Shown here piece after piece: positions 37,174 to 62,093 of a DNA stretch of 64,000 nucleotides. Source of the stretch: Chrysomallon squamiferum. Its lineage: Eukaryota > Animalia > Mollusca. The position numbers were made by a program, and so were the translations under genes. The stretch spans positions 12,896,001-12,960,000 of the forward strand of contig CM022679.1 of NCBI GenBank assembly GCA_012295275.1, given 5' to 3'. The stretch's first letter is position 1; the number at the start of each line of letters is the position of its first letter. Below the pieces are notes generated by a model, which worked only from the letters and a program-made list of their open reading frames with translations, was not told where the DNA came from and did no database searches.

Positions 37174-39899
37174 AATACAGAATAACACCTACTTATAACT
37201 GAAAGCCTCTAAATAGGGCGCATTCTCGGGAACTATGAATCCTAAGCCCGCCGTGTTGAAGATCTCGTCTGCTAGTGAGTATTTCTCGCAGTCGTTGAGG
37301 ACGATGTACTCGAGCTGCGACCTGTCGGTCATGAAGGCACTCGTCCCTTTGTCGACGTACTTGAGCGCCTCCGTGTTTTCAAACACCTTCGGGCTGCCTT
37401 GCATCTTGATCTTGATTTCTTTATACAGCCCGCTCTGGGCATCCTGTAAGTAAAAATCATCATCACCATCATTAAAATCATCATCATCATCATAATCGCA
37501 ATCAAGATGTGTGGTCTTCTTCGTTATTATGAGTTATTCGTTGTTATTACCGTAGTTGTTGTTATTATTATCGCAGTAATTATCAATCTGAATCATTATT
37601 ATAATCACCATCAAAATCATTATTATCATTATTATGATCACTGACCTGACATTTATCATTAGTGCAATATCATCAACATTATCATTATCTCCTATAATGA
37701 TAATGTTTATTCCGATCATTATCATTATCGTTAGTGGCATCATCCACAGCACGTTTGATTTAATTTTTCAAAAAAAATAAAAATAATTATAATCTGTTAA
37801 CTTACAGTAAACAAAGAATCCAGGTTGCTACCAAATTTCACCAGTGGCTTTATCTCGTCCTGATTGGCTAACTCTCGTAGACTGTTAATCGGTTTTTCTG
37901 CGATTGTCACTGTGAGGAACGCGGCTAGGTTCGCAGTGTAGGTCGACGCCATTAGAATTGTGAACACCCACCAGAATCCCAGAATGCATCTGCCGGAAAT
38001 GCTTCGTGGATGTGGCTCTCCGCCTTAATATAAAATGGAAAATTGTTAATTTAATCAAAATAACTGATGTATATAAACTGACATTTGAACTTAGGCAAAA
38101 GAATATAATTAAGCTTTAGTTCGAAAAAGATATGTTGAAGACAAAGAAAAAGCAAAGGAAGAGAAAGAACAGAAGATGCACGAAAGAACGAATAAACATA
38201 TTATCATTACGCCGAGAACCACTCAAAGTAACTTTTTCTTTAAATTCACCTGAATTTTAAAACACAAACTGTAATTTAAATATTCTTAATTCTCATGATA
38301 TTATCCTTAACGTAATCACAACCAATCAAGCATATTAATACTATTTCACTGATTCATTACTGCTTGCTAAAATAATAAATATAAAAAAATATATATACAA
38401 ATTCAAGATAAAATTTTTAATTAAGAATGAAACAGCCAAAAAAAACACAACAACAAAACAACCTTGTTCCATGTAAGACCCGTATATGAGCCACATGCTG
38501 GCATAGAGGCTGATGCGCGCTGTGTGCTTGTCCTGCCTGTGTGACGAGTACGGACTGAAGCGGTTCACGAAGTACAGCAGCACCCCGACCACGCAGATGA
38601 CGAGGGCGATGCAGCCCCAGACGACGGGGCAAACGGGGAGAACATCTTGAACATTTTCTGCGACTCGACGTCTGGTTTCTTCGTGATGAGGCCGATCCCT
38701 TCCTCCATGTACGGCTTGGTGAAGTCCACGACCTCCGACCTGATTGAAGTGATGGTGATGGGACCGACCCCCATGAGAACCTCCTGGGGGAGGGGGAAAA
38801 AATAAAATATATTAGTGGGTTTTAGTGAGTTTGTTTATTAATTTCTAATAAAGTAAGATTAGCGTGTTTGTGTGTAAATGTATGTATGTATGTAAGTATG
38901 GATGTATGTATGTTTATATGTATGTGTATGTGTGTGTATGCATGAATGTGTGTGTATGTATGTATTAATTATGTATGTATCATGTATATATAATGTATGT
39001 ATGCCCGTATGTCTTTATATATGTAGATGTGTGTGTGTCTACATGTATGTCTATATGCATGCTTGTCTGTACATATGTACTACACATATAAGTTCATGCA
39101 CACCTATACAAATAGGAATTTATGTATTCAGTTTATTTTTTATCATCATTCTATAGTATTTTATCTTTAAGTTTGCAACTGCTAATATATCTGTCACTTC
39201 TAATTGCTAATAGATGTATGAATTTCGTAGTTGATTCTGCAACAACTACAACAACAGTTTATAACAATGTAACTGCTTATGACTCAAATAACTATTTAGA
39301 ACTTTTTTCTTTATATATCTATATATACAAAACCTTCAAAACTTTATATGTCAAAAAAAAATATAGAGTTTCAGAAAGAAAATGTTTTCTTAAATTATGA
39401 AACCAAATATCTCAACTAAACCAGAAAGTGGAAACATCAGAACGATTTTTAAAATAAATATTTATGAAAAGGCTGTCGACTATGTTTTTCATTACCTCGG
39501 AGATGTTTAAGGATTTGGAAAATCTGGTTTCTAAATATTGAATCTGATCAGGTACATGAGTCTATGTACTTCAGTAACAACAAAGTGTTGGAGACTGTTT
39601 TTCAGTGTGTTTGTTTAGTTCCGATGCGTCGGTTATCTTAACTCATGTGTAAATATATACTTACATTTTATGATAACTTATCTGCATCTTCATCATCAAC
39701 AGCATCATCAAATTATGTTTCTTCTTATTATTATTGCTAGTGCTTCTACTAATATGTGCGTACGTACGTACTATGTATGTATGTATATGTGTATGTACGT
39801 ATGTATGTGTGTTTGTACGTATGTATGTGCGTATATGTATATACATATGTGTGTGTATTTGCGTCACTGTTATTAATAAATATATCATCATCATCTTCT

Positions 39900-39933
<34 letters not shown>

Positions 39934-42874
39934 CATTATTACTAATACTAATGTTAATGTTATTGTTTTACTTTTTTACTGTTGCTGTTGTTGATGATGT
40001 CGATAATCACTTACTGTTAATGGTGTTTGTTATTGTTCTTGTTCTCCTTATTTTTGTTTTTATTGTTCGTTTACTCCTATATTGATGTTAATTATGACTA
40101 TTATTGCTATAATAGATTAAGATACCTTTCGCTGGACCATTCCCACAATTCCGTTCCAGGTGGAGTTAGGCGTGTCTCCTGGTATACCCCACACATTGTC
40201 CTTTGGTTCAATGATAGTATAACTGTAATAGATATAAAAAAAAATTAAATCTTAATTCTTAATTCATAATCGAAATATGTAAAAGAACAACATCTGACAA
40301 TTATATATATCATAGATTTAGTAAACAAAACATTTTCACAGATTTACTAATAACTGTACCATTACTGAAAATCCAATCCAACCACAGAAATCTTTTACAT
40401 ATTTATTTATTACAACGACCAGTATATGACGCTTCTATGCACATTACATATACATTATTTTTCAGTATTGAATAATGCATATTTTTTTGGATAATCTAAT
40501 GACTGTGCCTTTCATAAAATTTCTCGTCGTATTATCCCGTATTTACATATTTCATAATTTATTAATTCATGCATTTAACAAGCATTTTAATAGTTACATC
40601 TTTGATTGTGCCTTTCATAAATGTATAGTCAGAATATCTCGTATATACTTATATCACACTGTAGTTAAACAGGCTTTTAACAAGTTTTTTATAGATACAT
40701 ATTTGATTGGGCCTTTTATTAAATATTTATTCACGATGTCCAGTATATTATACCTATTTCATAACTTAATAGCAAATGTTGTTAACAAATAGTGTTATAG
40801 TTACATGTTCCAATGTTTGTTCATGATATCTAGCATATACCTATTTCACTATGTAACAAATATTGTTATAGTTACATCTTCCACTGTTTGTTCATGATAT
40901 CTAGCATATACCTATTTTACTATGTAATAATAACTCGCGCTTTTAATAAAATATTTTCACAGTTACGTCTTTGTCAGCAGCACATGCTTACTTAAACTTA
41001 AATCGTTCGGCGAGTTCTTGCAGAATCTCGATACAGAAACCCGTGTACACCGACTCGTTGTTGATCACGCGTTTCACGACAAAAGGAATGGCGGGCCTCG
41101 ATGCAACGAGAAGAGTCTGGTCCGCAAAGTCTCTGAACGTGTTTCTGAACATGTGATCGTCCACAAGCCTCAGCCCTTCGTCTCCGCTCCACGTTCCAAC
41201 GGAGTAGAGGTCGTCTTCGTTGTTTTTGTACGTGCTGCGTATGTCGTACGAGATGTCGCTGAGGTAGCCGTCGTTGTTGAACTGCAGTCTTCCCGAGAGA
41301 CCCTCGGTGTTTGTCTGTTGTTGAAAGAATGAAAGAATTGATGGATGGATGGATGGATGGATGGAAGGAAGGATGGATGGATGAATGAATGGATGAATAA
41401 ATAAATGAATGGATGAACCGACAGAACATTAGGAGAAGCGTTTTTGCAACTGCGCTATGCCAATTCGAGAGCTCTGGTTAGAATTGTAGATAATTCAGAT
41501 AGGTTTTAACAAGGAGTGATCCAGCTACTCATTTAGCCTTAGACCAGCAGATTGGTACCGTTTTAATAACTACAGAAATAATGGATGTTGTTGAAATAAA
41601 TAATTATATTAAACAAACAAATATAAACACACCCACACACACACATGCACGCACACACAATTAACATAAATTAAATTAAATTAAATTAAATTAATAAATA
41701 ATAACAGTTAAGGAAATAAAACAAAGAAAAGACAGGAATCCAGCAGCAATGAAAATATAAAAATTTAAATGTTAAAAACAAGGTGGTATTGACATTGATC
41801 TGTATCATTTTTCTTAAACTGTTTTGTTATTTCTTCTCTCTTATATGGGAAAATTTGATCTGACTCGTTCCGTTGGCCATTGGTTTTGTTTGTTTATTAT
41901 TTGTTGATCATAGAAATCTAATATTCATTTGTTCGTTCACTTAATCCTCGATTTGTTTGTTCTCTTTAATTCCTAAGTTTCTTTTTTTCACATTCGTCCC
42001 ATCCATCAGTCATTTATTCACTCATAAAGATCATCATCGTATCAATAGCTTATTTATTATTTTATTAGTTCTTTTGTTTATTTTTTAAGATCACAATATT
42101 CATTTCTGGTCTCCAAAAAATCTGCCGTATCCTTTGTCCGTCATGCATTTGATTTTCAGCATTTTAATCACCTATAATAACGTTTCGTAATAAAAAAATA
42201 ATTTTTTCTGTAAACTTACCTTTCGCAGATAATGGGTAATATTAGTTTTTATATAATTTGTCCAAGAATCGTTTCCGCAGGGAATTGAATTCTCGAGGGT
42301 GTCGTTTCTTGTTGCCGTAACGACTGATGACGCCATAACTAAAACAGCGTCCAAGAAATTCAGGGCAAATCTCTGGAAAAACCAAAATAGTAACTGATGA
42401 AATGAAACCTCGGAGGATATGAAAACTGTTAGAGCAATAACGATTTGGAATGAAGCGTACAATTAGAACCAAAGTGGAATAATTTATTGTTCTTATTTAT
42501 TGAACATACTGTTATCTGATTTTTTTCTCTCGTCGAATAAATAGAATTAATTATAGGCGTGGGCAGTTTGTAGAGGAACTGGACATAGCTCAAGGTGTGA
42601 TGCGACGTCGGATCGATAGTGGTGTATCTAACTATTTCTCGTTCTAGCTAGTCCTCCACAACTGTTGTAATAAAGAAGGTGGTATATACTGTCTTGTCTG
42701 TGAGATATAAAAGATGGTTTGCTGCTAACAGGAGCAGTGATTATGTAAAAATGTATCTGAGACGATATGAAGAAACAGTCTAAATATTTATTTGTCTTTA
42801 CCGATTAAACAAACAGATTAAACAGCATACATTTTTCACCCTAATTATTGTTTTATTTTAACAGAAAACAGAAA

Positions 42875-42905
<31 letters not shown>

Positions 42906-43371
42906 CATACATACATACATACATACATACATACATACATACATAGGGCAATGAAAATCCAGGTATTACCTGTTCGCTGCTGTCTATTTGTCCATACAGT
43001 CTGTCCCTTGTTTGACAGACACGATCATTTTCTACTGAACAAGAGTCACTGAGTTTTCTCGACATCACCACAATGTTACTTCGCTCTTTGGGCAGCAGTC
43101 GTATACTCGCTGGCGAAATCCAGTCAGTTGATATCACCCCAAAAAAGTGCTGATTTAGTAAGTCCATTTTCGCTGCCTGAAGACATGTTATTGAAACAAT
43201 TATATATAACCATTAATAATAAAAATCGACACAGAATACAGATAGATAGATGCATTTATAGATATATGGTACGTAGTAATAATAATATCAGAAATACTAA
43301 TACTAGTAATAATAGGAATCGACACAGAATATATATATATATGTATATAGAGTACTGAAAATACAATGTTG

Positions 43372-43416
<45 letters not shown>

Positions 43417-43902
43417 GCTACTACTACTACTACTACTACTCATTATATTACTATGTACCATCACCGCTATTCAGCCATTATTACTCTCTGAACAATTTAC
43501 TATGATGATAAACTAAAATAATAGATTTTACACATTGATAATGCATAGATAGATATTTCATCCACCAGTTTCTAAAGTTCTGTGAGATATTTTTTACCTC
43601 TTCGATCAGATTTTGCAAAGTCTCGTCTCTGAGAACAACGACAACATTTGCAAACTGAGACTCTCTGAGTTTGTGTAAGCTGTTCTTTATGTCTTCCCAA
43701 CGTTCTGATCCCGTGTCGCGGATGTACATAGAAACACTTCCAATGTAGTGGAGAGACAGCTTCTGTACGAGGTCCATGTGTTGTAGTCCGTCTGAAACGT
43801 GGTGAAGCAATCTTCGTTCAACGTTATGACGATAAAGTCATTGTAAGATACAGTGATCGTCATGTTAGTGTTTTTCTTATTCAGTTTAATACCACAACAC
43901 AA

Positions 43903-43967
<65 letters not shown>

Positions 43968-44697
43968 ATATATATTTATATATATCTACAAAGTCCTTTT
44001 GCTTCTTCTGCTGTTACTATTATCACAATGACTTAATAAAGTTTATCTTTTTATGTAAACATTTATGATAAGTAGATAAGTATTTTTATTTGGGATGCCA
44101 AACCTAAGCTAGACACACAGTAGAATATTGTGTATGTACAGAGCGCATAAGACAAGAGGATACTCATTCCTAAATACATACATAAACATACATACATACC
44201 ACACATATCTACATACACACACAAACATACATACATACATTCATACATACATACACACATACATACATACATACATACATACATACATACATACATACAT
44301 GCATGCATGTGACAGTGCATTTATTCGTTTAAGAAACAAATAACTGTAGGAATCTGGTATCCTTCTCTGAGGTATAACAACAAGATCAAAATTGATTTAT
44401 ATTATTATGAAGACAATCAATTTCAGAAATAAACACAAACCAAATATACTGTCGTAGATTATGACAACTTCAGCCCATTCTTCGTGTTTAATGACGTCAA
44501 CAATTGCTTTGTTCTGGATGGTGTAGTGCAGGTTCATGTGCACTCCGTGCTTAGACGGCAAGTCACATGATCTCTGTGTTAGCATCACGTGGGGAAGCAC
44601 GTGCTCGTTTGCCCACGCGTTCATTACCAAAGCCTGAGAGCAGTCGGCAACAGTAATCAAACCAAGGCAGGAGGAGTTTAACTGTTCACATCCTTGA

Positions 44698-44748
<51 letters not shown>

Positions 44749-45635
44749 TAATAATAATAAATAATAATAATAATAAAATAATAATAATAATAACAGTAAT
44801 AATAATAATATAATAATAATAATAATAACAATAACAATAATAATAACAACAACTACAACAAACACAACAATAACAACAATAAATGATTATTGCAACTGTT
44901 ATTATGATAATAATAATTATTATAATAGTGATGATGTTAAGAATGATTGTAAATTTAATAATACGAACAGTAAGCTGAATAAATCATGATAGGAATGAAT
45001 TACAGAAAAATAATCTAAAACTGTCTCCTGTCTTTATATTTACATTTATTGTTAACCAGACAAAACAAAAATGAATGATAAGATATAAAAGAATAATAAC
45101 AACCATCTGGATTTATAGATGAATAGATGGATGGATCAATCGATCAACAGAGGCAAGATAAATACACAGAGTATACAGATGGTAAACAAGCACAGAAATG
45201 TATAAATAACAAAAATAAAAAAGATACAAAAAAACAAACACATGAAAAATCGTCTAATATAACGCACCAGACATGACAAACAGTGCCATAGTTTTCCTCG
45301 TTATGGTTGTGACGTGAATATCTGTTTCGTAGTCACTAAGAAGTGTTTCGTTCTCGATCTTCTCAATCGTTTCTCTGACAATCTCGCTTCTGTCTTTCAT
45401 AGCATCCGTCTGGACAACAACGCCTGGAAATAAACAATGTTTTTTGTTCTATCCTTAGTGTTTTTACAACTGAGTTCGAAAGTTTCACACTCTGTCTGTA
45501 ATTAAGAGCTGAATACATTTTAGGTGAACAGTTATGGATAAATAAACATATTTAAGTAAAAATGTACCCCTACCTAAAACAAGTATTATTTTACGAAGAA
45601 TCCTACAGCACGAAAATTAAATCTACCATTAACAC

Positions 45636-45714
<79 letters not shown>

Positions 45715-46165
45715 CCTCCCTCTCCCCCTCTCTTTCACCTCTCACTCTCTCCCATTTGTCTCTTCCTGACGTAAATGATTAATTTAATAAAAACAAACTT
45801 CCTACAAGCAATCCAACATATCAATATATAAAAAAAAAAAAAAAAAAAAAAGATTTCACATTAATATACTGTCATTTCCTGTATGTCAGAAAGATCGTTC
45901 AGCTGAATTTTGGTTACTCAGAAGTTCGCTTTCGTTATCTGTGTACTAAACGACTGACAAATCTTCATCAAGTATGAAAGAGGATTCTGTTCCAAGTATG
46001 ATAGATCATTATCAATGATCATTATAAATTATATTATGAATTTGATTGACATCATCTCGTATAGACAGCGTAAAGACAAACAGATTACAGTATATATCCC
46101 TCTGTGAACGTATCTATAATTCAATGCATAACAAATATGTGTGTATACATACATACATACATACA

Positions 46166-46201
<36 letters not shown>

Positions 46202-46795
46202 CATATATTTATATTCATACAGACAGATACACACACGCCATATACATTCATACATATATAAATAATATAGATACAAACTTACAAAACACACCAACATACG
46301 TATATAGAAAGGATCTTAACTTTACTGTTTTACAATCAATACAATCACTTACAATCAATATAATTTCTTAATTATTATTACTATTTTAACTCTTTAGCAT
46401 CGAATATTGATTGTGACACAGAATAGTTTCTCTCGTCAGTAAATATTTTATACCTGCTCTGAGTTAAAAAAAAAACTGATTTTAAAATATTTATTTATTC
46501 TGGGAATCTGAGCCTTTTGTTTTCCTGTTTGCTGTTTATTTTTATTAATTCTGTTTACAGAATGTACACTGTAAAGCGAACAAAAACACTGATGTAGTCG
46601 CGTTTATACGGGTAAAATAAAGAGGACGAAGGATTTCAGAGACGCATGACAATGAAGAGAATACCAAGCATATTGATCACCTAATGTAATATTTAAATAG
46701 AATTCTTCAGTGTATTTTAGCTGATTTTTGTTGTACCTATTGTGGTTATGTGGTTGGTTGTTGTTTTAAAATAATTTATATTGTTTTATTATTAT

Positions 46796-46834
<39 letters not shown>

Positions 46835-47262
46835 TGTTCATTCTGCTGTTTAATTTATTTAAAATACAAAAAAATATATATATATTTCTATTTTATTTGT
46901 TTGTTTGTTTTATTTTATTTTATTTTATTATTTTATTTTTATTTTTCTAATATATTAACACACATAAACTAATGTACATTAATTTTAGTTTTTCTCCTTT
47001 TTTTCTTTTTTTATATCAATTTATATTATTTTAGATTAATTTTATTTAAGACCCATTTAATCAATTTCACTATGTTACACATTGTTTTTCTTGTCACTTC
47101 TATTCCACATACATCTGTATCTTATTTTTCTTCTGTTAAACCTCTCAAAATTTATTATTAATTAAAAATAAATAATAATTACTCACATATAGAAATCTGC
47201 GTTGTTGAGATGGCAGATACGAAAAAACACGCGACAACCATAATCAAGACTGTCGAAATCAT
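35185..47262 (-). CDS. IR-2: divergent non-NMDA iGluR/ionotropic receptor with full N-terminal domain, lacking the co-receptor extra loop; 12 coding exons, ~843 aa; one frameshift in this assembly
   Basis: Exons (- strand): 47262-47187 (signal peptide [19 protein letters not shown]), 45423-45268, 44692-44441, 43791-43598, 43176-42970, 42372-42220, 41314-40992 ([30 protein letters not shown]), 40222-40126 (WNGIVGMV), 38783-38463 ([20 protein letters not shown]1, M2 [12 protein letters not shown]), 38023-37806 ([19 protein letters not shown]), 37443-37193, 35467-35185 ([15 protein letters not shown]4, TAA). All GT..AG. Exon 38783-38463 is one base short. Confidence 0.88.
40470..40930. repeat. 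Degenerate minisatellite (~71-105 bp units)
   Basis: Two near-identical 71-bp units from 40783 and 40854 (TAACAAATA.TGTTATAGTTACAT.TTCCA.TGTTTGTTCATGATATCTAGCATATACCTATTT.ACTATG), preceded by more diverged ~100-bp units (TAACAAG..ATAG.TACAT.TTTGATTG.GCCTTT at ~40576 and ~40678). Confidence 0.7.
42572..42735 (+). mobile_element. Degenerate SINE-like interspersed repeat in IR-2 intron
   Basis: ACATAGCTCAAGG (A-box-like) … GGATCGAT (B-box-like) … CTATTTCTCGTTCTAGCTAGTCCTCCACAACTG … GGTATATACTGTCTTGTCTGTGAGATATAAAAGAT..TTGCTGCTAA. Resembles, from memory, a gastropod tRNA-derived SINE family; needs a repeat-library search. Confidence 0.45.
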
Positions 47263-49202
47263 AATGTCAAAAACCTGAAAAATTTATTTATTTTAGTATA
47301 TGATTAAAAAAAAGATATATGCAACATTCATGCACGCACGCACGCACATACGTACACACACACACACACACCCTATTCATGCAGAGAAAAAAGCAATGCA
47401 TAAATATTTTATATATATATAATGACAAACTAAAGTGATAAAGAAATTGTAAAATAGAGAGGCAAAAGAAAAAAACAACAACAATAACTGCATTCAAGAT
47501 AACGACAGCAACAGCAAGAAAGAAAAAGGTAAAGAAGAATAGCAAGAATAACAACAACAACAACAACAATAGCAATAATAATAGTAACAACAGCAACAAC
47601 AACAACAAATAAATAAATTAATTAATTAATACAAAAAATTATAACAACATCAATTATACTAGATCAATAATAAAATGATTATGAAATAATAATTAAATTG
47701 TGAGCAAAACAATAACTGAGTAACTGTTTAATAATTTAACAGCAAGCGGAGAGAACTAGCTAACGACACGTCTGTGATACCCGGCTTCAAAAACACGACA
47801 CGGAACGATATACAGTATATTTACCTGTTTGTTCTTTTCTTACCTTTGAATAGGCAGCACACCTTAATGATAATAAACCATTTTATTGAGTGTAATCTGC
47901 TGGCATTGAAATCCAGTTTACAGTGGAATTTGCATCTTTGCTCACAACCAGCAATCAATGACAATATCGAAGAACAAATACTGGAGTCGTGTGTGCAAAT
48001 CCATCTTGAAATAGTTCAGCAATCGATGAGTTTTATCGTTAATTTCTTCATTGTAGAATTGTTTTTTTTATTTATATATATCTACGATTCTGTTAATTAC
48101 AGCCGAGAATGTCTGTGCGTCTGTTTGTTTGTCTCTTTATCTGTCTACCATATGCAGATTCGCACTGAACAAATTTGTATAAAATAATTATTTCTTTCTT
48201 TAAACCTTACTGTGGACGTCTGTATAGATTTTTTGGTTTGTTTACGATATTAAGTAATTAAAGCAATATGCAATTCGTAATGAAGTACAAGAATGGTTAA
48301 CACAGTTTACATTACCGTAACCTTGGATGAAGTATTTTCTGTCGTTTATTTTTCTCTCATTCTTTTTTCTTTGACTGTTTTTTTTCACCGACTTTCTTTT
48401 GTTCTCTCTCTCTTTCTCCTAATATTTCATTTCGTTAAATAATTAAATTGCTCGTGGTATGAATGAACAAGTGTTCGAGATCAGTGTATAAATACATACA
48501 TTTAATTCTTGAATAATGTTTTTGCTATAAACTATACTATTCGTGTCTTTGTTATTGTTGTTTGTTTATTGCAATTATTTTTTCAGTTGTCATTGTTGTA
48601 ATAATTTAGTAGAAAAATATCAAACTTCCGTATTATTTCCATTGTGATTTTTATAATAATTCAGTAAAAAAAAAAAAAAAAAAAAAAACATTCCATAATT
48701 AAAATTAAGAATATTTAAATATTTATTGTTATAATTGTTACTGTTGCTTCTATGTTTTTTACATTCATTATTATTTATTTCTAATTTATTTTAAATGTAT
48801 TATTCTTCCATCTTACGATGAAAACATAAATTTAAACCCGTATTTATTTCCATCGCATGAAAAAAAACTATGTTGCACACTTAACTTCATAATACATTCA
48901 TGCTTTTTCATTCATTTTGAATATAACATTTATTATTAATAATAAAAATAATAAAAATTTAATCAGAACGATTATTATTTTTATCTTGATGATCAGAATG
49001 GAACTTAAACCTGGACACAAAACTTTTATTCAAACCGAAACGCGATGAACGGAACCTTCAGGAATCCATTCACTGTCCTTATATACTGAGTTTGAGTCAT
49101 CACAGTTTTGATGTCTTGTCATAGACTGTCGTTCTGTTTTGAGATACTGCTGTGTCTTTTATATTTTTTCTGGTTCGTAAGACCAAATTGGGAGCACTCA
49201 TT

Positions 49203-49525
49203 TTGTGAGAACATACGTAAGAATATATATAAGAACATATGTAAGACCATTACGTAAGAATGTTTTGTAAGAATATATGTAAGAACGACCGTAAGAAAAT
49301 ACGTTACAACATACATAAAACCTTTATGTAAGAATATATACTCGCATAAAAATGTTACAGCCTACGTAAGAACATACGTAAGTAGATACGTAAGAACATT
49401 TATATAAGAACAGTTGTAATCGCGTATATAAGAAGGTAAATAGAGAATAAACGTGAGCAGATATAAGAAAACTCGTAAGAACATGATATAACAAGACACA
49501 CAAGACGAGGATACTTAAGAACACA
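49203..49525. repeat. Degenerate ~12-bp tandem repeat (consensus ~ACGTAAGAACAT)
   Basis: Recurrent GTAAGAA/ATAAGAA at ~12-bp spacing, e.g. CATACGTAAGAATATATATAAGAACATATGTAAGAC and TACGTAAGAACATACGTAAGTAGATACGTAAGAACAT. Confidence 0.7.
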
Positions 49526-50153
49526 TCACATACTGCGGAAACTTGACACCAGAAACTTCACTGAAGGTCAATTTGAATACGCGACCGATTTTCATTAACG
49601 ATCTGAAGTAAGTAATATTGTGAGGATAGTGAGTGACCTGTAAACAAGGCACTGATAGTGATATTCACTAAAAAGCAGCTATTTTAGACACTCATTAAAT
49701 ATTTACATTTATATCTCTAGCGGTTGATGCACAACATATCAAAGCGCTATAATATTCTGAATTTACGACCGAAACATTGACGTTGTATTGGTGCCTTAAT
49801 GAACAACATAATACGTGTTTTAAACAATATGTGGTTTACTGTTTTACACATTGATATACTTCTAGAGATATAATTGATATCGACATTACAATATTAAGGG
49901 CTAATAGCCTCCATCCTTTCTTTTCTTTTACAACGATGGTGGAAACTCGGTATGATTATTTCGTCGGTTAAGTTTATCGATATATATAATATGGGATTCA
50001 TTTTGAATGCAACTTTAACATAGATAAAAACAATCGCTTTGTTGCACTTGTTCTGGACTCTGCGACCCGTTATACCTCAGCCAAAGCATTAATAATTGAT
50101 AAAAAGAAAGATAGAAAAATACAGATAGTCACATACAGAAAGAAATATATACT

Positions 50154-50290
<137 letters not shown>

Positions 50291-51488
50291 CATCTGTTAA
50301 TTAAACGTAGTGTAAGGTATATTTTTCAGCCTGTATCATGTCAGTCATATACTTCCATATGATCTCATATTTTAATTAAAAGCTACATAACGTGTTTATC
50401 TGATAAATACTACGATTTTCTAGGTATAACCTGTCGAACAAAACAACGCTCAGATGATTACACAAGAGAATACATTCCAAAACGGATTTATTAGTATTTC
50501 TCAAACAATAGAACAAAACATTTTATTTGATTAAACATCAGGCACTCAACAACATTAATGTTATTCACATGCATATAAATGACAAATTCATTGTTAAAAG
50601 ACATGAAATCAGATGAGTTCAAAATTTTGTACACGATACTAAAACAACGCGTATAGCTTAACAAAAATTATTATAAGCTTGCATTAACAGACATGTACAA
50701 ATTATATTTTTGTAACAAATTTAAAACAAAGCTTTTCCAGAGCATTCCCAAATCAGAAATAAAGGAAGCACTTTGATTTAACAAAATTATATTTGTAAAT
50801 GCTAGTATACACCGGAAAACAAATTTGTTAACGATGTCATTCAAAATCTATGTTTCACCTTTTAAAAGAATATGCGTGTGTGTTTGTTTCTGACACATAC
50901 AGACTGTATAAGAAATGGGAAAGGAAGACCCTTAAAGGGATGTAACAAGTTTAGAAAAATCATCATAAACGCACATATTTCACCAACGCATTCATACTAT
51001 ATATATACACGTACACACATTCTCATATATTCAACAGAAAGACATACGCTCTTATATGTATCTGTGTGTGTTTGTCTTTGTATATGTATGTCTGGACGCG
51101 GTAAAAAAGTAAAGGTATAGGAAAGGGAGGCGATACACATACTTAACCTCTAAAGGCATACTAACATTATATCCATCATAAAACTTTTTTTTCAAAATAC
51201 TCAACCTGTCCTTGTTGTTAGAGGTATATATTTGTTATCCAAAAGTCTGATTTACATAAACTAAAGGTTCTTCTGGTCAAACAGTATAAATGTCCACGAA
51301 CAGATATATAAAAACGGTTATCTACAATCTACAAAAAGGTAATATATTTTTTAACAATCAATCAATATAATGTTTTTGCATTTTAAAACAACTAATTAGA
51401 ATACGTATTTAAAATTTTAACAACCAGATAGTACAGTTTTTCGCCTGAACAATCATTCAGAATAAATTATTTGAATTCTAGCACGCAG

Positions 51489-62093
<10,605 letters not shown>

